NCBI RefSeq assembly: GCF_009914755.1
Contig: NC_060939.1
Direction: 5' to 3' (one strand)
Length of the DNA: 64,000 nucleotides
DNA from: the human T2T-CHM13v2.0 reference genome, Homo sapiens
Made by a program: the position numbers and the translations under genes. Below the pieces are notes generated by a model, which searched no databases, was not told the DNA's origin, and saw only the letters and a list, made by a program, of their open reading frames with translations. Positions 41,601 through 56,125 of this stretch are shown in pieces. Numbering within the stretch: the first letter of the stretch is position 1; the number at the start of each line of letters is the position of its first letter.

Positions 41601-44600
41601 TGGAATGGAATGGAAGTTAATCAACACGAATGGAATGGAAAGGGATGGAATGGAATGGAAAGGAATGGAATGAACCCGAATGGAATGGAATGCATTGGAA
41701 TGGAATGGAATGGAATCAACCCGAGTGGAAAGGAATGGAATGGAATGGAGTGGAATGGAAAGTAATGGAATGGAATGGAATGGAATGGAATCAACACGAA
41801 TGGAATGGAATGGAATGGAATGGGATGGGATGGAATGGAATGGAATGGAAGTTAATCAACAAGAATGGAATGGAACGTAATGGAATGGAATGGAATGAAC
41901 CCGAATGGAATGGAATGCATTGGAATGGAATGGAATGGAATCAACCCAAGCAGAAAGGAATGGAATGGAATGGAATGGAATTGAATGGAATCAACACGTA
42001 TGGAATGGAACGGAATGGAATGTGATGGGATGGAATGGAAAGGAATGGAATTTAATCAACACGAATGGAATGGAATGGAATGGATTGGAATGGAATGGAA
42101 TGGAATGGAATGGAATGGAATGAAATGGAAAGGAACGGAATGGAATCAACACGAGTGGAATGGAATGGAACGGAATGGAATCAACCTGAGTGGAATGAAA
42201 TGGAATATAATGCAATGGGATGGAGTCGAATCAACCCCAGTGGAATGGAATGGAATGGAATAGAATGGAATAGAATGGAATGGAATGGAATGGAATGGAA
42301 TGGAATGGAATGGAATGGAGTGGAATGGAACGGAATGGAGTGGAATGGAATAAACACCAGGGGAATGAAATGGATTGGAGTGAAATGGAATGGAATGGAG
42401 TGGAATGGAATGAAATCAACCCGAGTGGAATGGAACGGAATGGAATGGAATGGAAAGGAATGAATGTAATGGAATGGTGTGGAATCAACACGTGAGGAAT
42501 GGAATGGAATGGAATGGAACGGAACGGAATGGAAAGGAATGGAATGGAATGGAATGGAACGGAATGGAAAGGAATGGAATGGAATGAACCCGAATGGAAT
42601 GGAATGGATTGGAATGGAATGGAATGGAATCAACACGAGTGGAAAGGAATGGAATGGAATGGAGTGTAATAGAATGGAATGGAATGGAAAGGAATGGAAT
42701 GGGATCAACACGAATGGAATGAAACGGAATGGAATGGAATGGGATGGAATTGAAAGGAAAGGAAGTTAATCAACACGAATGGAATGGAACGGAATGGAAT
42801 GGAATGCAATGGAATGGAATGAACCCGAATGGAATGGAATGGATTGGAATGGAATGGAATGGAATCAACCCGAGTGGAAAGGAATGGAATGGAATGGAGT
42901 GGAATGGAATGTAATGTAATGGAATGGAATGGAATGGAATCAACACGAATGGAATGGAACGGAATGGAATGGGATGGCATGGAATGGAATGGAATGGAAG
43001 TTAATCAACACGAATGGAATGGAACGGAATGGAATGGAATGGAATGGAATGGGATGGAATGGAATGGAATGGAAAGGAACGGAATGGAATCAACACGAGT
43101 GGAATGGAATGGAACGGAATGGAATCAACCCGAGTGGAGTGAAATGGAATGTAATGCAATGGTATGAAGTGGAATCAACCTGAGTGGAATGGAATGGAAT
43201 GGAATGAAATGGGATGGATTGGAATGGAATCCAATGGAATCAACCTGAATGGAATGTAATGTAATGGAATGGAATGGAATAAATCCGGGTGGAGTGGAAT
43301 GGAATGTAATGGAGTGGAATGTAATGGAATTTAGTGGAGTGGAATTTAATGGAATGGAATGGAATTGAACGGAATGGAATGAAATGGATTGGAATGGAAT
43401 TAACCCAAATGGAATGGAATGGATTGGATTGGAATGGAATGGAATCAACCCGAGCGGAACGGAATGGAATGGAATGGAGTGGAATGGAATGGAATGGAAT
43501 GGAATGGAATGGAATCAAAATGAATGGAATGGAACGGAATGGAATGGGATGGGATGGAATGGAATGGAATGGAAGATAATCAACACGAATGGAATGGAAC
43601 GGAATGGAATGGTATGGAATGGAATGGAATGGAATGGAATGAACCCGAATGGAATGGAATGGATTGGAATGGAATTGAATGGAATGGAATGGAATCAACA
43701 CGAATGGAATGGAATGGAATGGGATGGGATGGAATGGAATGAAATGGAATGGAATGGAATGAAATGGAATGGAATGGAATGGAATCAACAAGAATGGAAT
43801 GGAACGGAATGTAATGGGATGGGATGGGATGGAACTGAATGGAATGGAAGTTAATCAACACGAATGGAATGGAACGGAATGGAATGGAATGGAATGGAAT
43901 GGAATGGAATGGAATGGAAAGGAATGATCCCGAATGGAATGGAACGGATTGGAATGGAATGGAATGGAATCAACCCAAGCGGAAAGGAATGGAATGGAAT
44001 GGAGTGCAATGGAGTATAATTGAATGGAATGGAATGGAATGGAATCAACAGATATGGAATGGAACGGAATGGAATGAGAAGGGATGGAATGGAATGGAAT
44101 GGAAGTTAATCAACACGAATGGAATGGAACGGAATGGAATGGAACGGAATGGAATGGAATGAACCCGAATGGAATGGAATGGAATGGAATCAACCCGAGC
44201 GGAAAGGAATGGAATGGAATGGAGTGGAATGGAATGTAAGGGAATGGAATGGAATGGAATGGAATCAACACGAATGGAATGGAACGGAATGGAATGTGAT
44301 GGGATGGAATGGAATGGAAGTAAATCAACACAAATGGAATGGAACGGAATGGAATGGAATGGAATGGAATGGAATGGAATGGAATGATATGGAAAGGAAC
44401 GGAATGGAATCAACACGAGTGGAATGGAATGGAACGGAATGGAATCAACACGAGTGGTATGAAATGGAATGTAATGCAATAGGATGGAGTGGAATCAAAC
44501 CGAGTGGAATGGAATGGAATTGAATGGAATGGAATGGAATGAAATGGAATGGATCAGAATGGAATCCAATGGAATCAACTGGAATGGAATGGAATGTAAT

Positions 44601-46316
44601 GGAATGGAATGGAATGGAACAAATCCGGGTGGAGTGGAATGGAATGTAATTGAGTGGAATGTAATGGAATTTAGTGGAATGGAATGGAATGGAATGGAAT
44701 GGAATGCAATGGAATGGAATGGAATGAAATGGATTGGATCAGAATGGAATCCAATGGAATCAACTGGAATGGAATGGAATGGAATAAATCCTGGAGGAGT
44801 GGAATGGAATGTAATGGAGTGGAATGGAAAGGAATTTACTGGAATGGAATGGAATGGAATGGAATGGAATGGAATGGAATCAACCCGAATGGAATGGAAC
44901 GGAATGGAATGGAAAGGTATGGAATGGAATGGAATGGAATGGAATGGAATGGAATCAACACGAATGGAATGGCATGGAATGGAATGGAATGGAATGGAAT
45001 GGAATGGAATGGAATGGAATGGAATCAACCCAAGTGCAATGGAATGGAATGGAATGCAATGGAATCCACCCGAGTGGAATGGAATGGAATGGAATGGAAT
45101 GGAATGGAATGGAATGGAGTGGAATGGAACGGAATGGAGTGGAATGCAATAAACACCAGGGGAATGAAATGGATTGGAATGAAATGGAATGGAATGGAAT
45201 GGAATGGAATGGAATGAAATCAACCCGAGTGGAATGGAAAGGAATTGAATGGAATGGAGAGGAATAAATGGAATGGAATGGTGTGGAATCAACACGAGAG
45301 GAATGGAGTGGAATGGAATGGAACAGAACGGAATGGAATGGATTGGAATGTAATGGAATGGAATCAACCCGAGCGGAAAGGAATGGAATGGAATGGAGTG
45401 GAATGGAATGTAATGGAATGGAATGGAATGGAATGGAATCAACACGAATGGAATGGAACGGAATGGAATGGGATGGGATGGAATGGAATGGAATGGAAGT
45501 TAATCAACACGAATGGAATGGAAAGGGATGGAATGGAATGGAAAGGAATGGAATGAACCCGAATGGAATGGAATGCATTGGAATGGAATGGAATGGAATC
45601 AACCCGAGTGGAAAGGAATGGAATGGAATGGAGTGGAATGGAAAGTAATGGAATGGAATGGAATGGAATGGAATCAACACGAATGGAATGGAATGGAATG
45701 GAATGGGATGGGATGGAATGGAATGGAATGGAAGTTAATCAACAAGAATGGAATGGAACGTAATGGAATGGAATGGAATGAACCCGAATGGAATGGAATG
45801 CATTGGAATGGAATGGAATGGAATCAACCCAAGCGGAAAGGAATGGAATGGAATGGAATGGAATTGAATGGAATCAACACGTATGGAATGGAACGGAATG
45901 GAATGTGATGGGATGGAATGGAAAGGAATGGAATTTAATCAACACGAATGGAATGGAATGGAATGGATTGGAATGGAATGGAATGGAATGGAATGGAATG
46001 GAATGGATTGAAATGGAAAGGAACGGAATGGAATCAACACGAGTGGAATGGAATGGAACGGAATGGAATCAACCTGAGTGGAATGAAATGGAATATAATG
46101 CAATGGGATGGAGTCGAATCAACCCCAGTGGAATGGAATGGAATGGAATAGAATGGAATGGAATGGAATGGAATGGAATGGAATGGAATGGAATGGAGTG
46201 GAATGGAACGGAATGGAGTGGAATGGAATAAACACCAGGGGAATGAAATGGATTGGAGTGAAATGGAATGGAATGGAGTGGAATGGAATGAAATCAACCC
46301 GAGTGGAATGGAACGG
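38601..46316 (+). repeat. 3.84-3.88 kb tandem duplication (copy A 38601-42438, copy A' 42439-46316)
   Basis: Identical or near-identical ORFs at offsets 3833-3883 (38641/42479, 39292/43125, 40621/44484, 41362/45245). Markers: CAACACGTGAGG 38648/42486 and GAGAAGGGAT 40218/44076. Confidence 0.95.
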
Positions 46317-49300
46317 AATGGAATGGAATGGAAAGGAATGAATGGAATGGAATGGTGTGGAATCAACACGAGAGGAATGGAATGGAATGGAATGGAACGG
46401 AACGGAATGGAAAGGAATGGAATGGAATGAACCCGAAAGGAATGAAACGGATTGTAATGGAATGGAATGGAATCAACCCGAGCGGAAAGGAATGGAATGG
46501 AATGGAGTGGAATGTAATGTAATGTAATGGAATGGAATGGAATGGAATCAACACGAATGGAATGGAACGGAATGGAATGGGATGGGATGGAATGGAATGG
46601 AATGCAAGTTAATCAACACGAATGGAATGGAACGGAATGGAATGGAATGAAAAGGAAAGGAACAAAATGGAATCAATAAGAGTGGAATGGAATGGATCAG
46701 AGTGGAATCAACTCGAGTGGTATGAAATGGAATGTAATGCAATGGGATGGAGCAGAACCAACCCGAGTGAAATGGAATGGAATGGAATGGAATGGAATGA
46801 ATGGAATGGAATGAAATGGAATGAAATGGAATGGAATGGATCGGAGTGGAATCTAATGGAATCAACTGGAATGGAATGGAATGGAATGGAATGGAATGGA
46901 ATGCAATGGAATGGAATGGAAAGGAATAAATCCGGGTGGAGTGGAATGTAATGTAATGGAGTGGAATGTAATGGAATTTAGTGGAATGGAATGGAATGGA
47001 ATGGAATGGAATGAATTCTATTGGATCGGAATGGAATCCAGTGGAATAAACTGGATTGGAATGGAATGGAATGGAATGGAATGGAATGGAATAAATCCGG
47101 GTGGAGTGGAATGGAATGTAATAGAGTGGAATGGAATGGAATTTAGTAGAATAGAATGGAATGGAATGGAATGGAATGGAATGGAATGGAATGGAATCAA
47201 CCCGAATGGAATGGAACGGAATGGAATGGAATGGAATGGAATGGAATGGAGTCAACACGAATGGCATGGCATAGAATGGAATGGAATGGAATGGAATGGA
47301 ATGGAATGGAATGGAATCAACCCAAGTGCAATGGAATGGAATGGAATGCAATGGAATCCACCCCAGTGCAATGGAATGGAATGGAATGGAATGGAATGGA
47401 ATGGAGTGGAATGGAACGGAATGGAGTGGAATGGAATAAACACCAGGGGAATGAAATGGATTGGAATGAAATGGAATGGAATGGAATGGAATTGAATGAA
47501 ATCAACCCGAGTGTAATGGAACGGAATGGAATGGAATGGAAAGGAATGAATGGAATGGAGTGGTGTGGAATCAACGTGAGAGGAATGGCATGGAATGGAA
47601 TGGAACGGAACGGAATGGAAAGGAGTGGAATGGAATGGAATGGAATCAACCCGAATGGAATGGAAAGGAATGGAATGGAATGGAATGGAATGGAATCAAC
47701 ACGAATGGCATGGCATAGAATGGAATGGAATGGAAAGGAATGGAATGGAATGGAATGGAATGGAATCAACCCAAGTGCAATGGAATGGAATGGAATGCAA
47801 TGGAATCCACCCGAGTGGAATGTAATGGAATGGAATGGAATGGAACAAATCCGGGTGGAGTGGAATGGAATGTAATTGAGTGGAATGTAATGGAATTTAG
47901 TGGAATGGAATGGAATGGAATGGAATGGAATGCAATGGAATGGAATGGAATGAAATGGATTGGATCAGAATGGAATCCAATGGAATCAACTGGAATGGAA
48001 TGGAATGGAATGAATCCTGGAGGAGTGGAATGGAATGTAATGGAGTGGAATGGAAAGGAATTTACTGGAATGGAATGGAATGGAATGGAATGGAATCAAC
48101 CCGAATGGAATGGAACGGAATGGAATGGAAAGGTATGGAATGGAATGGAATGGAATGGAATGGAATCAACACGAATGGAATGGCATGGAATGGAATGGAA
48201 TGGAATGGAATGGAATGGAATGGAATCAACCCAAGTGCAATGGAATGGAATGGAATGCAATGGAATCCACCCGAGTGGAATGGAATGGAATGGAATGGAA
48301 TGGAATGGAATGGAATGGACTGCAATGGAACGTAATGGAGTGGAATGCAATAAACACCAGGGGAATGAAATGGATTGGAATGAAATGGAATGGAATGGAA
48401 TGGAATGGAATGAAATCAACCCGAGTGGAATGGAAAGGAATTGAATGGAATGGAGAGGAATAAATGGAATGGAATGGTGTGGAATCAACACGAGAGGAAT
48501 GGAGTGGAATGGAATGGAACAGAACGGAATGGAATGGATTGGAATGTAATGGAATGGAATCAACCCGAGCGGAAAGGAATGGAATGGAATGGAGTGGAAT
48601 GGAATGTAATGGAATGGAATGGAATGGAATGGAATCAACACGAATGGAATGGAACGGAATGGAATGGGATGGGATGGAATGGAATGGAATGGAAGTTAAT
48701 CAACACGAATGGAATGGAAAGGGATGGAATGGAATGGAAAGGAATGGAATGAACCCGAATGCAATGGAATGCATTGGAATGGAATGGAATGGAATTAACC
48801 CGAGTGGAAAGGAATGGAATGGAATGGAGTGGAATGGAAAGTAATGGAATGGAATGGAATGGAATGGAATCAACACGAATGGAATGGAATGGAATGGAAT
48901 GGGATGGGATGGAATGGAATGGAATGGAAGTTAATCAACAAGAATGGAATGGAACGTAATGGAATGGAATGGAATGAACCCGAATGGAATGGAATGCATT
49001 GGAATGGAATGGAATGGAATCAACCCAAGCGGAAAGGAATGGAATGGAATGGAATGGAATTGAATGGAATCAACACGTATGGAATGGAACGGAATGGAAT
49101 GTGATGGGATGGAATGGAAAGGAATGGAATTTAATCAACACGAATGGAATGGAATGGAATGGAATGGAATGGAATGAAATGGAAAGGAACGGAATGGAAT
49201 CAACACGAGTGGAATGGAATGGAACGGAATGGAATCAACCTGAGTGGAATGAAATGGAATATAATGCAATGGGATGGAGTCGAATCAACCCCAGTGGAAT

Positions 49301-50991
49301 GGAATGGAATGGAATGGAATGGAATAGAATGGAATGGAATGGAATGGAATGGAATGGAATGGAATGGAATGGAGTGGAATGGAACGGAATGGAGTGGAAT
49401 GGAATAAACACCAGGGGAATGAAATGGATTGGAGTGAAATGGAATGGAATGGAGTGGAATGGAATGAAATCAACCCGAGTGGAATGTAACGGAATGGAAT
49501 GGAATGGAAAGGAATGAATGGAATGGAATGGTGTGGAATCAACAAGAGAGGAATGGAATGGAATGGAATGGAACGGAACGGAATGGAAAGGAATGGAATG
49601 GAATGAACCCGAAAGGAATGAAACGGATTGTAATGGAATGGAATGGAATCAACCCGAGCGGAAAGGAATGGAATGGAATGGAGTGGAATGTAATGTAATG
49701 GAATGGAATGGAATGGAATGAAATCAACACGAATGGAATGGAACGGAATGGAATGGGATGGGATGGAATGGAATGGAATGCAAGTTAATCAACACGAATG
49801 GAATGGAACGGAATGGAATGGAATGAAAAGGAAAGGAACAAAATGGAATCAATAAGAGTGGAATGGAATGGATCGGAGTGGAATCAACTCGAGTGGTATG
49901 AAATGGAATGTAATGCAATGGGATGGAGCAGAATCAACCCGAGTGAAATGGAATGGAATGGAATGGAATGGAATGAATGGAATGGAATGAAATGGAATGA
50001 AATGGAATGGAATGGATCGGAGTGGAATCTAATGGAATCAACTGGAATGGAATGGAATGGAATGGAATGGAATGGAATGGAATGCAATGGAATGGAATGG
50101 AAAGGAATAAATCCGGGTGGAGTTCAATGTAATGTAATGGAGTGGAATGTAATGGAATTTAGTGGAATGGAATGGAATGGAATGGAATGGAATGGAATGA
50201 ATTCTATTGGATCGGAATGGAATCCAATGGAATAAACTGGATTGGAATGGAATGGAATGGAATGGAATGGAATGGAATGGAATAAATCCGGGTGGAGTGG
50301 AATGGAATGTAATAGAGTGGAATGGAATGGAATTTAGTAGAATAGAATGGAATGGAATGGAATGGAATGGAATGGAATGGAATGGAATGGAATCAACCCG
50401 AATGGAATGGAACGGAATGGAATGGAATGGAATGGAATGGAATGGAGTCAACACGAATGGCATGGCATAGAATGGAATGGAATGGAATGGAATGGAATGG
50501 AATGGAATCAACCCAAGTGCAATGGAATGGAATGGAATGCAATGGAATCCACCCCAGTGCAATGGAATGGAATGGAATGGAATGGAATGGAATGGAGTGG
50601 AATGGAACGGAATGGAGTGGAATGGAATAAACACCAGGGGAATGAAATGGATTGGAATGAAATGGAATGGAATGGAATGGAATTGAATGAAATCAACCCG
50701 AGTGTAATGGAACGGAATGGAATGGAATGGAAAGGAATGAATGGAATGGAGTGGTGTGGAATCAACGTGAGAGGAATGGCATGGAATGGAATGGAACGGA
50801 ACGGAATGGAAAGGAGTGGAATGGAATGGAATGGAATCAACCCGAATGGAATGGAAAGGAATGGAATGGAATGGAATGGAATGGAATCAACACGAATGGC
50901 ATGGCATAGAATGGAATGGAATGGAATGGAATGGAATTGAATCAACCCAAGTGCAATGGAATGGAATGGAATGCAATGGAATCCACCCGAG
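44590..50991 (+). repeat. ~3.2 kb tandem duplication (copy B 44590-47815, copy B' 47816-50991), overlapping copy A'
   Basis: ORF matches 45245/48441, 46328/49504, 46622/49798, 47536/50727. Markers: CAATAAGAGTGG 46674/49850 and CAACGTGAGAGG 47572/50763. Confidence 0.95.
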
Positions 50992-52744
50992 TGGAATGTA
51001 ATGGAATGGAGTGGAATTGAATGGAGTGGAATGGAACGGAATGGAGTGGAATGGAATAAACACCAGGGGAATGAAATGGATTGGAATGAAATGGAATGGA
51101 ATGGAATGGAATGGATTTGAATGAAATCAACCCGACTGTAATGGAGCGGAATGGAATGGAATTGAAAGGAATGAATGGAATGGAAAGGTGTGGAATCAAC
51201 ACGAGAGGAATGGAATGTAATGGAATGGAACGGAACGGAATGGAAAGGAATGGAATGGAATGGAACGGATTGGAATAGAATGGAATGGAATCAACCTGAG
51301 CGGAAAGGAATGGAATGGAATGGAGTGGAATGGAATGTAATGGAATGGAATGAATTGAATGGAATGGAATGGAATGAAATGGAATGGAATGGATCGGAGT
51401 GGAATCTAATGGAATCAACCGGAATGGAATGGAATGGAATGGAATGGAATGGAATGGAATGGAATGGAATTGAATGGAATGGAATAAATCCGGGTGGAGT
51501 GGAATGGAATGTAATGGAGTGGAATTTAATGGAATTTAGTGGAATGTAATGGAATGGAATGGAATGGAATGAAATGGATTGGATCGGAAAGGAATCCAAT
51601 GGAATCAACTGGAATGGAATGGCATGGAATGGAATGGAATGGAATGGAATGGAATAAATCCGGGTGGAGTGGAATGGAATGTAATGGAGTGGAATGGAAT
51701 GGAATTTAGTGGAATGGAATGGAATGGAAAGGAATGGAATGGAATGGAATGGAATGGAATGGAATGGAATGGAATCAACCCGAATGGGATGGCATGGAAT
51801 GGAATTGAATGGAATGGAATGGAATGGAATGGAATGGAATGGAATGGACTCAACCCAAGTGCAATGGAATGGAATGGAATGCAATGGAATCCACCCGAGT
51901 GGAATGGAATGGAATGGAATGGAATGGAATGGAATGGAATGGAATCGAATGGAATAGAATGGAGTGGAATGGAACGGAATGGAGTGGAATGCAATAAACA
52001 ACAGGGGAATGAAAAGGATTGGAATGAAATGGAATGGAATGGAATGGAATGGAATGGAATGGAATGGAATGAAATCAACTCGAGTTGAATGGAACGGAAT
52101 GGAAGGGAATGGAAAGGAATGAATGGAATGGAATGGTGTGGCATCAACACGAGAGGCATGGAATGGAATGGAATGGAACAGAACGGAATGGAAAGGAATG
52201 GAATGGAATGAACCCGAAGGGAATGCAATGGATTGGAATGGAATGGAATGCAATCAACCTGAGTGGAAAGGAATGGAATGAAATGGAGTGGAATGGAATG
52301 TAACGGAATGGAACGGAATGGAATGCAATGGAATCAACTGGAATGGAATGGAATGGAATGGAATGGAATGGAATAAATCCGGGTGGAGTGGAATGGAATG
52401 TAATGGAGTGGAATGGAATGGAATTTTGTGGGATGGAATGGAATGGAATGGAATGCAATGGAATGGAATCAACCGGAATGGGATGGCATGGAATGGAAGT
52501 GAGTGGAATGGAATGGAATGGAATGGAATGGAATCAAACCAAGTGCAATGGAATGGAATGGAATGCAGTGGAATCCACCTGAGTGGAATGGAATGGAATG
52601 GAATGGAATGGAATGGAATAGAATGGAGTGGAATGGAACGGAATGGAATGGAATGGAACGGAATAGAATGGAACGAACCCGAATGGAATGGAATGGAATT
52701 AACCCGAATGGAATGGAATGGATTGGAATGGAATGGAATGGAAT

Positions 52745-55700
52745 CAACCTGAGCGGAAAGGAATGGAATGGAATGGAGTGGAATGTAATGGAATGGAATG
52801 GAATGGAATGGAATCAACCCGAATGGAATGGAACGGAATGGAATGGAAAGGAATGGAATGGAATGGAATGAAATGGAATGGAATGGAGTGGAATCTAACG
52901 GAATGGAGTGGAATGCAATAAACACCAGGGGAATGAAATGGATTGGAATGAAATGGAATGGAATGGAATGGAATGAAATCAACCCGAGTGGAATTGAACG
53001 GAATGGAATGGAATGGAAAGAAATGAATGGAATGGAATGGGGTGGAATCAACATGAGAGGAATGGAATGCAGTGGAATGGAATGTGATGTAATGGAAAGG
53101 AATGGAATGGAATCAACACGAATGGAATGGAACGGAATGGAATGGGATGGGATGGAATTTAATAGAATGGAAGTTAATCAACACGAATGGAATGGAACGG
53201 AATGGAATGGAATGGAATGGAATGGAATGGAATGGAATGGAAAGGAATGAATGGAAAGGAACGGAATGGAATCAACACGAGTGGAATGTAATGGAACGGA
53301 ATGGAATCAACCCGAGTGGGATGAAATGGAATGTAATGCAATGAGATGGAGGGGAATCAACCCGAGTGGAATGGAATGGAATGGAATGGAATGGAATGGA
53401 ATGAAATAGAATGGATCCAAAAGGAATCCATTGGAATCAACTGGAATGGAATGGAATGGAATGGAATGGAATGGAATAAATCCGGGTGGAGTGGATTGGA
53501 ATGTAATGGAGAGCAATGTAATCGAATTTTGTGGAATGGAATGGAATGGAATGGAATGGAATGGAATGAAATGGATTGGATCGGGATGGAATCCAATGGA
53601 ATCAACTGGAATGGAATGGAATGGAAGGGAATGGAATGGAATAAATCCGGGTGGAGTGGAATGGAAAGTAATGGAGTGGAATGTAATGGAATTTAGTGGA
53701 ATGGAATGGAATGGAATGGAATGGAATGGAATGAAATGGATTGGATCGGAATGGAAACCAATGGAATCAACTGGAATGGAATGGAATGGAATGGAATTAA
53801 TGGAATGGAATGGTGTGGAATCAACACGAGAGGAATGGAATGGAATGGAATGGAACGGAATGGAATGGAAAGGAATGGAATGGAATGAACCCGAATGGAA
53901 TGGAATGGATTGGAATGGAATGGAATGGAATCAACCCGAGCAGAAAGGAATGGAATGTAATGGAGTGGAATGGAATGGAATGGAATGGAATGGAATGGAA
54001 TCAACACGAATGGAATGGAACGGAATGGAATGGGATGGGTTGGAATGGAATGGAATGGAATCACCCTGAGCGGAAAGGAATGGAATGGAATGGAGTGGAA
54101 TGTAATGTAATGGAATGGAATGGAATGGAATCAACCCGAATGGAATGGAACGGAATGGAATGGAAAGGAATGGAATGGAATGGAATGAAATGGAATGGAA
54201 TGGAGTGGAATCTAACGGAATGGAGTGGAATGCAATAAACACCAGGGGAATGAAATGGATTGGAATGAAATGGAATGGAATGGAATGGAATGAAATCAAC
54301 CCGAGTGGAATTGAACGGAATGGAATGGAATGGAAAGAAATGAATGGAATGGAATGGGGTGGAATCAACATGAGAGGAATGGAATGCAGTGGAATGGAAT
54401 GTGATGTAATGGAAAGGAATGGAATGGAATCAACACGAATGGAATGGAACGGAATGGAATGGGATGGGATGGAATTTAATAGAATGGAAGTTAATCAACA
54501 CGAATGGAATGGAACGGAATGGAATGGAATGGAATGGAATGGAATGGAATGGAAAGGAATGAATGGAAAGGAACGGAATGGAATCAACACGAGTGGAATG
54601 TAATGGAACGGAATGGAATCAACCCGAGTGGGATGAAATGGAATGTAATGCAATGAGATGGAGGGGAATCAACCCGAGTGGAATGGAATGGAATGGAATG
54701 GAATGGAATGGAATGAAATAGAATGGATCCAAAAGGAATCCATTGGAATCAACTGGAATGGAATGGAATGGAATGGAATGGAATGGAATAAATCCGGGTG
54801 GAGTGGATTGGAATGTAATGGAGAGCAATGTAATCGAATTTTGTGGAATGGAATGGAATGGAATGGAATGGAATGGAATGAAATGGATTGGATCAGGATG
54901 GAATCCAATGGAATCAACTGGAATGGAATGGAATGGAAGGGAATGGAATGGAATAAATCCGGGTGGAGTGGAATGGAAAGTAATGGAGTGGAATGTAATG
55001 GAATTTAGTGGAATGGAATGGAATGGAATGGAATGGAATGAAATGGATTGGATCGGAATGGAAACCAATGGAATCAACTTGAATGGAATGGAATGGAATG
55101 GAATGGAATAAATACGGGTGGAGTGGAATGGAATGGAATGGAGTGGAATGGAATGGAATTTAGTGGGATGGAATGGAATGGAATGGAATGGAATGGAATG
55201 GAATGGAATGGAATCAACCGGAATGGGATGGCATGGAATGGAATTGAGTGGAATGGAATGGAATGGAATGGAAAGGAATCAAACCAAGTGCAATGAAATG
55301 GAATGGAATGCAATGGAATCCACCCGAGTGGAATGGAATGGAATGGAATGGAATGGAATGGAATAGAAAGGAATGGAGTGGAATGGAATAAACACCAGGG
55401 GAATGAAATGGATTGGAATGAAATGGAATGGAATGGAATGGAATGGAATGAAATCAACCCGAGTGGAATGGAACGGAATGGAATGGAAAGGAATGGAATA
55501 GAATGAAATGGCAAGGAATGGAATGGAATGGAATGGAATCAACCCAAATGGGATGGCATGGAATGGAATTGAATGGAATGGAATGGAATGGAATGGAATC
55601 AACCCAAGTGCAATGGAATGGAATGGAATGCAATGGAATCTACCCGAGTGGAATGGAATGGAATGGAATGGAATGGAATGGAATGGAATGGACTGGAATG

Positions 55701-56125
55701 GAATGGAATGGAGTCGAATGGAACGGAATGGAGTGGAATGGAATAAACACCAGGGGAATGAAATGGATTGGAATGAAATGGAATGGAATGGAATGGAATG
55801 GAATGAAATCAACCCGAGTGGAATGGAACGGAATGGAATGGAATGGATAGGAATTAATGGAATGGAATGGTGTGGAATCAACACGAGAGGAATGGAATGG
55901 AATGGAATGGAACGGAATGGAATGGAAAGGAATGGAATGGAATGAACCCGAATGGAATGGAATGGATTGGAATGGAATGGAATGGAATCAACCCGAGCAG
56001 AAAGGAATGGAATGTAATGGAGTGGAATGGAATGGAATGGAATGGAATGGAATGGAATGGAATGGAATGGAATGGAATCAACACGAATGGAATGGAACGG
56101 AATGGAATGGGATGGGTTGGAATCG
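52745..56125 (+). repeat. Tandem pair of a ~2.06 kb unit; upstream copy (52745-54061) lacks 750 bp present in the downstream copy (54062-~56125)
   Basis: Offset is 1317-1307 for GAATCTAACGG (52891/54208), GGAGAGCAATG (53508/54820) and GAAACCAATG. It jumps to ~2057 at GAATTAATGG (53794/55851) and CAACCCGAGCAGAAAGG (53932/55988). Confidence 0.88.
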
